A DNA stretch of 64,000 bases from Clostridia bacterium (GTDB lineage Bacteria; Bacillota; Clostridia; RUG12999), in assembly GCA_022801925.1 (NCBI GenBank), contig JAAWTG010000003.1, forward strand, positions 20,611 to 84,610, in the 5' to 3' direction. Both the position numbers and the translations under genes were made by a program. The notes below the pieces were generated by a model that saw only the letters and a list, made by a program, of their open reading frames with translations, had not been told where the DNA came from and searched no databases. Shown piece after piece: positions 41,673 through 49,529 of the stretch. Position 1 is the stretch's first letter; the number at the start of each line of letters is the position of its first letter.

Positions 41673-43844
41673 CTATGACCATAATTGTTGCAGCATATAA
41701 TAGGAACTTTTCAGGCGTTCATGATAGCTTATCTGGTTGCCCCAGCCTTTCAGTTTGAAAGAGGAGAACGGTATCCGACCGCCGGAATTACCATCTGTCA
41801 GTGCGAAATACAGTTCATTGATTTTGATATAGTCTATACCGTAGTTGCCGCTGTAATAATCATCATGAATCATCATACGAGACGGATCGGAGAAATTCAA
41901 AAGCTGCCACGGCAGTTTCAGTTCAATATAGTCTCCACTGCAGATATAGTCGGCGAGAGAGTCAAACGCCGGACTAGACGGATTGGCGTTGCCATATTTG
42001 AGTTTTCCGGTCTCAAAGACCTCTGAGTTTGCCAAATTATCGTTATAGAGAAGTACCGTAGCGGTTTGCAGAATCATCTGAATCGGCAGGAAACGTGGCG
42101 AGTCAATATCAGGTATGTTGCTTGCGATATAAGTATCAAAATCATAAGCTTGCAGTGCATAGGTTGAACGCAGCGATTCATAACGTTCCTGCACCAAAAC
42201 ACGGCTGTTTTCTCTGCCGTGCAGCACAATTAAAAAATCTGCTGCACGGTCTAATAAAAGATTTTGTTCCTTGCAATAAAGGCTGCCGCTTTTGGGCGTG
42301 ATATCCAAAGGAATATAAAGCGTATCGGTTTCGAGGTTGAGGTTCGGTTTGTGAATCAGGAAATAGAGGAACCGCTCATCATATTTTACAGAAAGGGACA
42401 TGCCGCCGTTTTGGACGACCAAATCCGATTCTGTCCATTCAGAAATATCTCCGTCCACATAGCAAACAGATTTTTCGGCGCCAGGGTCAAAGGATAATAA
42501 GCCAAAATATTGCTCGTTGGTCTGATAGTCCGACCAATAGGGCGTTCTTGTCAAATCCACTGCATACATCGTATTCCAGGTGCGTTTGAACCATTCATCC
42601 TGCCACGAAAATACACAGCAGCCGGCACAACCTGCCGCCATAATATCCTCATAACAGTCGATAAGCGCTTGACCCTGTTCCTGTTCGGACATGTTGCCCT
42701 GATTTCTTCCGGTGTTTGCATCCCTTTGCGCCATTCCGCGTCCGGTGGAAACGCCGAACTCCGAAATAACCACGGGCATGGTATGATGGGTTGTGAGCAT
42801 GGCAAGATAGGCGCGGTAGGTGCTGAGTTGCCCTTTTGCATTGATATATGCCGATTTATCTGCGATTCCAAACGGTGACCAATCGTCAATATAGGTGAGG
42901 TAGTCGGGATAATAGGGATATACATGGTAGGAGGCAAATTGTCCGGCAAGAAATGTGTCATAGGTTTTAATATGTTCCGCATTCACATAGGCACATTTCA
43001 TAAAGAAATTTTTGATTCGTTCAGGATATTCAAAAGGATCAGTGGTCGGCCAGTTGGAAAAGGCAATGAGTTTTTGCGTTTTATAGCGGCAAGATTCATA
43101 TTCAACCACTTTGTCGCCGACTTTACAAAGCAGCGTTTCAAAGGGAGAGGCGTCCTGCGTGGTATACATATATTTCCCTTGATAAGAGGTATAACCGTCT
43201 TTGCCCGCGTAAAGATCGTCTGTATAAGCAACCGTAAGGTCTTCCCACTCCACGCCCAAAATATAACCGATGACCCAAGAAGAGACGTCTTTTAGATAAC
43301 TGCCGGAACCGGCGCTTGATACACTATTCAGCGCAATTTTTTTATTGCCGTGTACGGCATCCAGCATAGTTTTGCAATCATTTAAAAAAGTATCATAAAA
43401 TTCCTTACTATAGGCATCGCGGTGGGAATTTTGTATGTAGTCGTTGACCCATACGCCGTGAATCAAATAGAGTGGGTCAGGATTGTTTTTATTATATTCG
43501 TAAAACGCCTTGTAAAAAACGTCCTGTTGAATGGTATAGATACGAATCGTGTTGGCGCCCATTTCTTTGATATATTGAAACCAGCGAAGATAGGTTTCTT
43601 TGTCGATTGCAAAATCGGTAGACCATGCGCCCGGCGCGCCGGAGCCAAGATTCACACCACGAATCTCAAAGGGTTCATACCCGTTTCCCTTGTCCATATA
43701 TATTTTATCGCCATCTGTTTTGACAAAGGTGGTAACTGCTTTGGCAGGCTGAAAATCAATATACCATCCGAGCCGGAAATAAATGGCGTCATAGACCAGA
43801 GCCAATGCTACAACAGATGACAAAATGATTAAAAACTTTTTCAT
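41673..43844 (-). CDS. Secreted glycoside hydrolase-like protein (TIM-barrel clan GH-A type, candidate exopolysaccharide hydrolase)
   Basis: Signal/anchor sequence, GVNLG...IKEMGANTIRIY, and a candidate nucleophile motif VVISEFG. 723 aa. Confidence 0.5.
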   Translation of the reverse strand: MKKFLIILSSVVALALVYDAIYFRLGWYIDFQPAKAVTTFVKTDGDKIYMDKGNGYEPFEIRGVNLGSGAPGAWSTDFAIDKETYLRWFQYIKEMGANTIRIYTIQQDVFYKAFYEYNKNNPDPLYLIHGVWVNDYIQNSHRDAYSKEFYDTFLNDCKTMLDAVHGNKKIALNSVSSAGSGSYLKDVSSWVIGYILGVEWEDLTVAYTDDLYAGKDGYTSYQGKYMYTTQDASPFETLLCKVGDKVVEYESCRYKTQKLIAFSNWPTTDPFEYPERIKNFFMKCAYVNAEHIKTYDTFLAGQFASYHVYPYYPDYLTYIDDWSPFGIADKSAYINAKGQLSTYRAYLAMLTTHHTMPVVISEFGVSTGRGMAQRDANTGRNQGNMSEQEQGQALIDCYEDIMAAGCAGCCVFSWQDEWFKRTWNTMYAVDLTRTPYWSDYQTNEQYFGLLSFDPGAEKSVCYVDGDISEWTESDLVVQNGGMSLSVKYDERFLYFLIHKPNLNLETDTLYIPLDITPKSGSLYCKEQNLLLDRAADFLIVLHGRENSRVLVQERYESLRSTYALQAYDFDTYIASNIPDIDSPRFLPIQMILQTATVLLYNDNLANSEVFETGKLKYGNANPSSPAFDSLADYICSGDYIELKLPWQLLNFSDPSRMMIHDDYYSGNYGIDYIKINELYFALTDGNSGGRIPFSSFKLKGWGNQISYHERLKSSYYMLQQLWS

Positions 43845-43865
43845 GAATCCTCCTAATGAAACTAC

Positions 43866-45341
43866 TTAGTTTGCGTTTTCGTTAAACTTTTTCACCTTTG
43901 ACCCAGCGGAATATTGCGTGATAGATTCTATGTTTTCATCCAGCCAGGAGCCTCTATACGAAATAAACCACTTGAGCTGCGCAAGACTTTCTTCATAGGA
44001 ACGTGGATTGCGTTCGATAGGTTTTAGCAAATCATGACTTTCTTCAAAGGAATACCCCCATTTTTCATAGTTTCGCGCTATCGCGGCACCTAAATACTCT
44101 ACAGTGCTGTCAATATAACGGCAAAGATAGTCCTCGCTGAGATAGGTTTGACGAAGTTCATGATAACGCTTGACACAACGTTTTGTAAAGTTTTCATCTT
44201 TTGTCAGCATAAAGTACCACAAACAATTTTGAAGTTCAAAATGTCCGGGCTGCATCATAGATTGCTGATAGTTGTCACAGGCAGAGTTAAAATCCCAAAT
44301 ACACATGCGGAACTTGCCGTCGATATCTTTATACATATAAGTGGATAACCAGCCGGCGTCGTAGTTACAGGTAAACTCATTTATGAGAAGATAGTCTACA
44401 AAAGAATCTACATCAATCAATTTTTCATACCCATATTGGTTATTGTCGTAATCATAGGAATAGAGTGATTTTTCAAAAGCGGAAAAATCTTGTTTGATTC
44501 CTTCCAATATTTTGGGCGTTAGATTGGGAGCGCCGGGATATACAATTTCCAATTTCAGATTTGTGCGGAGCGTATAGGTGGTAAAACTTTTCAGATGGTT
44601 CTGTTCCTCGTTGTCCGGACGGTCAAGTAACAATACATAGCCGGTAAAGGTATTATCTTTTGCATCGACAGTCAGATTTAGGCGACTTCCGTTTTTGCCT
44701 GCCGTAATGTTTTCAACCAATACATAAACGCCCATATATTCACCATCAAGGAGCAATTCACAAAAGCGTACATTGGGAGCGTAGTCCATAATCTCGCCGG
44801 CAATATTATACCACATATAATTACGAAGCAGTGTCTTGTCCAAAATCGGACCGTGCAGCACCCATTCATGATGGGCGGTCATTCCGATTAGACTTTGTGG
44901 ATTGTTTCCTCCTTTTTCATCAATCAGATTGATGCGATAGCCCAATTTATCATAGGTACGCGAGGAATTGCCGCGTACATGAATGGATATATCGCTGGTA
45001 ACAGCAGGAACATCAGTGGGATGGTTGTTGGTTGTTTTATTATCAAACACCGACAGCTTGGCACGGATTCGGTCGCTACCGTCAGCCGCGGTTGTATATC
45101 CGGTCGTTTTACCTTCTTCCACGATTGCCCTTCCGGGTATTTCCACACCGCCTGTATGAATGGTTATCAACGGTAAATGTGTGCAGAAGGTATTGTCCGT
45201 ATGGGGGCATGGTTGTTTCGGCTCTGCCTCCAAATGTTGATGATAGCGTCCGGTATCCGCAGTCAATAAAAGAGGCAAATTTATCGCAGAAATGAGCAGC
45301 ATGAGTGCACAGGCAATGATACCCCAAACTTTGTATTTCAT
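43866..45341 (-). CDS. CotH-family protein (atypical kinase fold), secreted or membrane-anchored
   Basis: N-terminal hydrophobic segment. 491 aa with CotH-like conserved blocks (RGNSSRTYDKLGYRINL, HEWVLHGP, YVLVENI). Sits in a CotH-DUF4956-VTC context. Confidence 0.6.
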   Translation of the reverse strand: MKYKVWGIIACALMLLISAINLPLLLTADTGRYHQHLEAEPKQPCPHTDNTFCTHLPLITIHTGGVEIPGRAIVEEGKTTGYTTAADGSDRIRAKLSVFDNKTTNNHPTDVPAVTSDISIHVRGNSSRTYDKLGYRINLIDEKGGNNPQSLIGMTAHHEWVLHGPILDKTLLRNYMWYNIAGEIMDYAPNVRFCELLLDGEYMGVYVLVENITAGKNGSRLNLTVDAKDNTFTGYVLLLDRPDNEEQNHLKSFTTYTLRTNLKLEIVYPGAPNLTPKILEGIKQDFSAFEKSLYSYDYDNNQYGYEKLIDVDSFVDYLLINEFTCNYDAGWLSTYMYKDIDGKFRMCIWDFNSACDNYQQSMMQPGHFELQNCLWYFMLTKDENFTKRCVKRYHELRQTYLSEDYLCRYIDSTVEYLGAAIARNYEKWGYSFEESHDLLKPIERNPRSYEESLAQLKWFISYRGSWLDENIESITQYSAGSKVKKFNENAN

Positions 45342-45375
45342 CTATTTACCTCCTGCATTGTTTTTTGAACATGGT

Positions 45376-46053
45376 TTAATTTGACACTTCATCGTTTTGC
45401 ATGACGATGTTTACATATTCGACATTTCCAAGCGCGTAGATACCGGCGGTGATATCGGGCGTTTGTTTTTCCGCTTTTTGCAGCATTTTTTGTGTTAGTT
45501 CGTAGATAAGTTCCACGGTGTCTTCTGTCGTGTTTTCCACGCGGAGAACCGCCTTTGTATGGAATATCTTATAGATTTGCGCTTTAATAGGCGCCTGTTT
45601 ACTACGCGCGGCACGCACGATAAGCAGCATTCTATGGTCGTTTTTAATGAAGCCAAGTACTAGAATCACAAAAAAGGTAACTGCACTTCCAATACCTGCC
45701 ACAAGATAATCGCCTACACCACAGCAGATACCGACAATGATAGTCCAAAAAATGTATACCGTATCCCGCGAATCTTTAATAGCAGTACGGAACCGGACAA
45801 TGGACAGCGCGCCAACCATTCCGAGCGACAATGCAATATTGTTGCCGATGACTGTCATAACAGTGCTTGTCAGCACTGTTAGAATCGTGAGAGAAGCATT
45901 AAATTTTTTACTATAGATAGTGCCGCGGTGAGATATGTAGTAGGAAATGAAGATAAACAATCCAAGTGCCGCCGCCGTCGCAATATTCATTAGAATTTGT
46001 TCAGCAGTCATGTCGCTGGGATTGGTAAATAGGTTATATATTTTTTCTTTCAT
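45376..46053 (-). CDS. DUF4956-family membrane protein
   Basis: Four TM helices followed by a soluble C-terminal domain. Typical genomic partner of VTC-domain and CotH proteins. Confidence 0.6.
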   Translation of the reverse strand: MKEKIYNLFTNPSDMTAEQILMNIATAAALGLFIFISYYISHRGTIYSKKFNASLTILTVLTSTVMTVIGNNIALSLGMVGALSIVRFRTAIKDSRDTVYIFWTIIVGICCGVGDYLVAGIGSAVTFFVILVLGFIKNDHRMLLIVRAARSKQAPIKAQIYKIFHTKAVLRVENTTEDTVELIYELTQKMLQKAEKQTPDITAGIYALGNVEYVNIVMQNDEVSN

Positions 46054-46067
46054 ATATTGATAACTCC

Positions 46068-46775
46068 TTATAATCTCGTTTGATACCCATTTTGGCGGGC
46101 AAGCACATATTTACTGACAGATAATTCGCTACGGTTCACGCTGTTTATCATACGGCGGATATAATCGAGCAGAAAGCCGTTGAATTTCACTTCCATAACC
46201 ACGTTAAATTTGTCCAGCACCGGATTCATATTAAGATATGGCGCAAACAAATCAAAATTGCTTTCCGTAGCCACAATATTGCTGTCAAAAGTAATACGGA
46301 TTTTATTCTCCTTTGCAATGAATGCTTTGCGGTGATATTGTACGATTGTTTTAGGACGGTAACAGCGAGTATTCATGAGCGCATAACATTCGGCTGCAAA
46401 GCGCTCTTTGTAATGCAGAAGAGGGGAATAATCGCCTTTGGTAAGCGCTATGGCTTCTTCACGCGATATCTGCAAAGAACGCTTAAGTTGATACGCACCT
46501 TGTTTTTGTTTCATCTCAAGCATAGCAAAATGAGAATTTGAGTCATAAATACGCAGCCTGATTTTGCGCCTTGTTTCTATGCCGGAAATCTTTTCAAAAT
46601 AGTCTCTGTCATATATTGTATCAAAATATAGTGAGCGAATCACATATCCATGCGTTCCATTATGTATATCTTCTGACATTACTTGGCTTAACATGTGGCT
46701 CTTTTCGAGAAATTCATCAACGTTTATTAAGAACTTTTTTTCTTCTCTGAAAACTTTGTTCAATCCTACCATCAT
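46068..46775 (-). CDS. VTC-domain protein (polyphosphate-polymerase-like triphosphate tunnel fold)
   Basis: SLYFDT motif and about 235 aa, matching bacterial VTC-domain proteins. First gene after the riboswitch leader. The RBS AGAAGG abuts ATGATG, so the exact start is uncertain. Confidence 0.6.
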   Translation of the reverse strand: MMVGLNKVFREEKKFLINVDEFLEKSHMLSQVMSEDIHNGTHGYVIRSLYFDTIYDRDYFEKISGIETRRKIRLRIYDSNSHFAMLEMKQKQGAYQLKRSLQISREEAIALTKGDYSPLLHYKERFAAECYALMNTRCYRPKTIVQYHRKAFIAKENKIRITFDSNIVATESNFDLFAPYLNMNPVLDKFNVVMEVKFNGFLLDYIRRMINSVNRSELSVSKYVLARQNGYQTRL

Positions 46776-46781
46776 CCTTCT

Positions 46782-46822
46782 AAAAACAAAAAAACTGACT
46801 GCAATTTAAACTTGCAGTCAGT
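46782..46822 (-). terminator. Intrinsic terminator forming the expression platform of the leader riboswitch
   Basis: Perfect 11-bp stem ACTGACTGCAA/TTGCAGTCAGT with a 7-nt loop, followed by TTTTTTTGTTTTT, ending 6 nt before the RBS. Confidence 0.8.
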
Positions 46823-46829
46823 CAATCAT

Positions 46830-46898
46830 TCGAATTTATTCGGTTAGACACTTAACTTTGCGTCCCCGCTTTTCAACAGGTTTGCCTAATATTCATTT
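46830..46898 (-). promoter_or_regulatory. Candidate c-di-GMP-I (GEMM) riboswitch aptamer
   Basis: Minus strand reads ...TTAGGCAAACC TGTTGAAAAGCG GGGACGCAAAG TTAAGTGTCTAACC... This reproduces the GEMM-I conserved blocks GGCAAACC, a 12-nt hairpin with a GAAA tetraloop, and GGGACGCAAAG, with the same 12-nt spacing as the Vibrio cholerae Vc2 aptamer. Confidence 0.55.
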
Positions 46899-46904
46899 CT
46901 TAAA

Positions 46905-46933
46905 ATTGTACTATATTTAATGGGAGTTGTCAA
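46905..46933 (-). promoter_or_regulatory. Sigma-A promoter TTGACA-17-TACAAT driving the riboswitch leader and the VTC-to-EAL operon
   Basis: Consensus -35, a 17-nt spacer and a near-consensus -10 read on the minus strand. Confidence 0.65.
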
Positions 46934-47040
46934 CCATTATTTTCAATTTACTGCCTTTGATAGAAAATATTTATGATTCTTTTCTTTGTAGAGTATAGTG
47001 TTGTATAGTCCGCAGAGAGGAAAATAAAAATGAACTGCGA

Positions 47041-47090
47041 TTTTAAAAGCAAAATAAACCCCCTGCAACCACTATGGTTACAGGGGGTTT
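47041..47090 (-). terminator. Rho-independent terminator downstream of tRNA-fMet
   Basis: AAACCCCCTG...CAGGGGGTTT 10-bp stem followed by ATTTTGCTTTT on the minus strand. Confidence 0.8.
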
Positions 47091-47093
47091 CAT

Positions 47094-47170
<77 letters not shown>

Positions 47171-47176
47171 ATATAT

Positions 47177-47265
47177 TGGTGCCGGAAACCGGAATCGAAC
47201 CGGTACGGGAGTTTCCTCCCACAGGATTTTAAGTCCTGGGCGTCTGCCAGTTCCGCCATTCCGGC
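47177..47265 (-). tRNA. tRNA-Leu (UAA)
   Basis: 89 nt with a long variable arm, anticodon loop CTTAAAA, a GTTCGATTC T-loop, and an encoded CCA end. Confidence 0.85.
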
Positions 47266-47287
47266 TTATATGCCTTCTAACAAGATA

Positions 47288-47316
47288 ATATTACCATAAA
47301 AATTGATGTTTGTCAA
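47288..47316 (-). promoter_or_regulatory. Strong sigma-A promoter for the tRNA pair (TTGACA-17-TAATAT with an extended-10 TG)
   Basis: Read on the minus strand about 22 nt upstream of tRNA-Leu. Confidence 0.6.
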
Positions 47317-47418
47317 TAGGTTTTGCCAAAAATCTTTTTGACTACCAGTTATGTCACTATTTTAGCTGTAGTTTAGTATATGTAAAAAACGGAAAAATAT
47401 GCATTGTCTGAGGATATC

Positions 47419-47458
47419 TTCTACTCTCCAAAAGGCATAGATGCCTTTTGGAGAGTAG
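47419..47458. repeat. Perfect 18-bp inverted repeat CTACTCTCCAAAAGGCAT-AG-ATGCCTTTTGGAGAGTAG
   Basis: Read directly. No adjacent U-run on either strand, so it is not an obvious terminator. Confidence 0.5.
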
Positions 47459-47496
47459 GAATCGGAAAAAGTTTTGTATAGCATATATCTAGGTTA

Positions 47497-47680
47497 GACA
47501 AACAAAAGTCGAATCTCATGCGGCCTCCCAGAAGCAGATTTTTCCGTATGCTGTGCTAGAAATACCCCACATACACTAGTATTTCTGCGTATTTTTTCCT
47601 TGCCTACAGAAAATTTGCACCTAGAGACTTCATAGAACCGTGCAGGAGAAAATTTTTTGTAAGGCAAGGAAAAGCCTTTT
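47497..47680. repeat. Copy B of the short intergenic repeat family. It includes an internal 15-bp inverted repeat TTTTCCTTGCCTACA / TGTAAGGCAAGGAAAA.
   Basis: Shares GACAAACAAAAGTCGAATCTCATGCGG with 41594-41622, and shares CCGTGCAG..AAATTTTTTGTAA / TTGTAAGGCAAGGAAAAG with 6046-6170. Confidence 0.4.
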
Positions 47681-47826
47681 TTGCCTAGGAAAAGCTGATA
47701 TTGCACATTTGGCAATATCAAATATTGAGGATGAGGCGCAAATATTGTAGATTAGTGAAATGGTAGAAAAAATGAGGGTTTCGGAGGGGTGCGCAAAAAA
47801 TGTATATCAAACGTAAATATGGCTTC

Positions 47827-47856
47827 TTGCAATAATTGCTGACCTGATGGTATACT
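47827..47856 (+). promoter_or_regulatory. Candidate promoter TTGCAA-18-TATACT (TG-extended) for the sugar ABC transporter operon
   Basis: Read in sequence about 45 nt upstream of the substrate-binding-protein RBS. Confidence 0.4.
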
Positions 47857-47902
47857 GAAAACAAATCAAAAACAGCGCAATGCAAAAAAGGGAGGAATTA
47901 TA

Positions 47903-49489
47903 ATGAGTTGGAAAAAAGCAGTTGGTTTAGGTGTTGCAATTTGTATTGCAGGTACAACATTTTTGACAGGTTGTACATCATCGGAAGGCGGCAACACGTC
48001 GGTAGAAAATATGGAGTTTCCATTAAAGGAATCTGTCACTTTAACGTATTGGATGCCGCTAAATGCATCAGTCAGCAAAAATCATAGTAACATGAATGAC
48101 ACAAAACTTTATCAAGAGTTGGAGAAACGGACAGGTGTCAAAATGGAATTTCAGCATCCGCCACTTGGACAAGAAAAAGAACAATTTAATTTGATGGTTG
48201 CGTCCAATGAACTACCGGATATCTATGAGTATGATATGCTGTTGTATCAGGGTGGTGCACAAAAAGCATTAGATGATGAAATTATTATTCCATTAAATGA
48301 GTTGATGGAAAAATATGCACCGAATCTGACAGCAGTGCTAAAACAAAATCCAGAATGGGATAAAAATGTAAAAACAGACGATGGTACATATTTCACATTT
48401 CCGTTTATTCGAGGAGATGACCGGCTGCGTGTATATGCAGGGGCAATGCTGCGCCAGGATTGGCTGGATGAACTGGGACTTTCCGTACCGGAAACCATTT
48501 CGGATTGGGAAACGGTACTCACAGCATTTAAGGAACAAAAGGGTGCAACAAATCCGTTTTCATTCGAATTAAAAAAATTTAAACTATATAACATAGTAGC
48601 CGGTGCGTATGGTGTGGCAAATGATATGTTTTTGGATGATGACGGCACGGTACAGTTCGGACCGATGATGCCTGCTTATAAAGAATATCTAACGACACTC
48701 AAACGCTGGTATGACAAAGGTTTACTGGATCGCGATTTTGCAACTAGCGATGGAGCGGCTGTGACATCTAAAATCACAACCGGAAAAGCGGGCGCTACAG
48801 TTGGCGGTTCCGGAGGGAATTTAGGAAATTACATGAATCTCATGAAAAACCAAGATAGCAAATTTAATCTTATGCCGGCACCATATCCGACATTGAATCA
48901 AGGAGAACGTCCGAAATTTGGGCAAATTGATCCTGCATCAGGACAAAACGCATTTATTTCGCCCATGTGTAAGCAGCCGGAACTTGCTGTGAAATACTTG
49001 GACTATGGATATAGTGAAGAAGGGCATATGCTGTTTAATTTCGGTATAGAAGGACAGAGTTATACCATGCAGGATGGTAAACCGATTTATACACAAGAAA
49101 TCAGCAATCATCCGGCGGGGTGGGGATTTGCAGAATCTCTTACGCAGTATGCAAGAGCAAGCAGCAACGGTGCGTTTGTGCAGGATTATGATTATATTGA
49201 ACAATATTGTTCTTTGCCGCAGCAGCAGGCAGCAATCAATATTTGGTCGGATACAGACGCAAAAAAACATGTTATGCCGCCCGCAACGCCGACGACGGAA
49301 GAATCGCAGCGTTATGCACAGTTGATGGCTGACATTGATACCTATTGCGAGGAAATGTATTTGAAGTTTATTCTGGGCAGCGAAAGTCTGGATAAATTTG
49401 ATGCGTATGTGCAGCACATCAAGGAGATGGGTATTGAAGAAGCGATTAAAATTCAGCAGGAAGCAGTAGGACGATATAACCAACGTTAA
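47903..49489 (+). CDS. Extracellular solute-binding lipoprotein, family 1 (LplA/YtcQ-like oligosaccharide-binding)
   Basis: Lipobox LTGCTSS, 528 aa, followed by LplB/LplC-type permeases. Confidence 0.85.
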   Translation: MSWKKAVGLGVAICIAGTTFLTGCTSSEGGNTSVENMEFPLKESVTLTYWMPLNASVSKNHSNMNDTKLYQELEKRTGVKMEFQHPPLGQEKEQFNLMVASNELPDIYEYDMLLYQGGAQKALDDEIIIPLNELMEKYAPNLTAVLKQNPEWDKNVKTDDGTYFTFPFIRGDDRLRVYAGAMLRQDWLDELGLSVPETISDWETVLTAFKEQKGATNPFSFELKKFKLYNIVAGAYGVANDMFLDDDGTVQFGPMMPAYKEYLTTLKRWYDKGLLDRDFATSDGAAVTSKITTGKAGATVGGSGGNLGNYMNLMKNQDSKFNLMPAPYPTLNQGERPKFGQIDPASGQNAFISPMCKQPELAVKYLDYGYSEEGHMLFNFGIEGQSYTMQDGKPIYTQEISNHPAGWGFAESLTQYARASSNGAFVQDYDYIEQYCSLPQQQAAINIWSDTDAKKHVMPPATPTTEESQRYAQLMADIDTYCEEMYLKFILGSESLDKFDAYVQHIKEMGIEEAIKIQQEAVGRYNQR

Positions 49490-49529
49490 ACAGTAAGAAA
49501 ACAGATATAAAAAGGCAGGAGTCAAAGGT

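Noticed and set aside
47419-47458. The 18-bp palindrome as a rho-independent terminator
   Set aside because: There is no adjacent U-tract on either strand.
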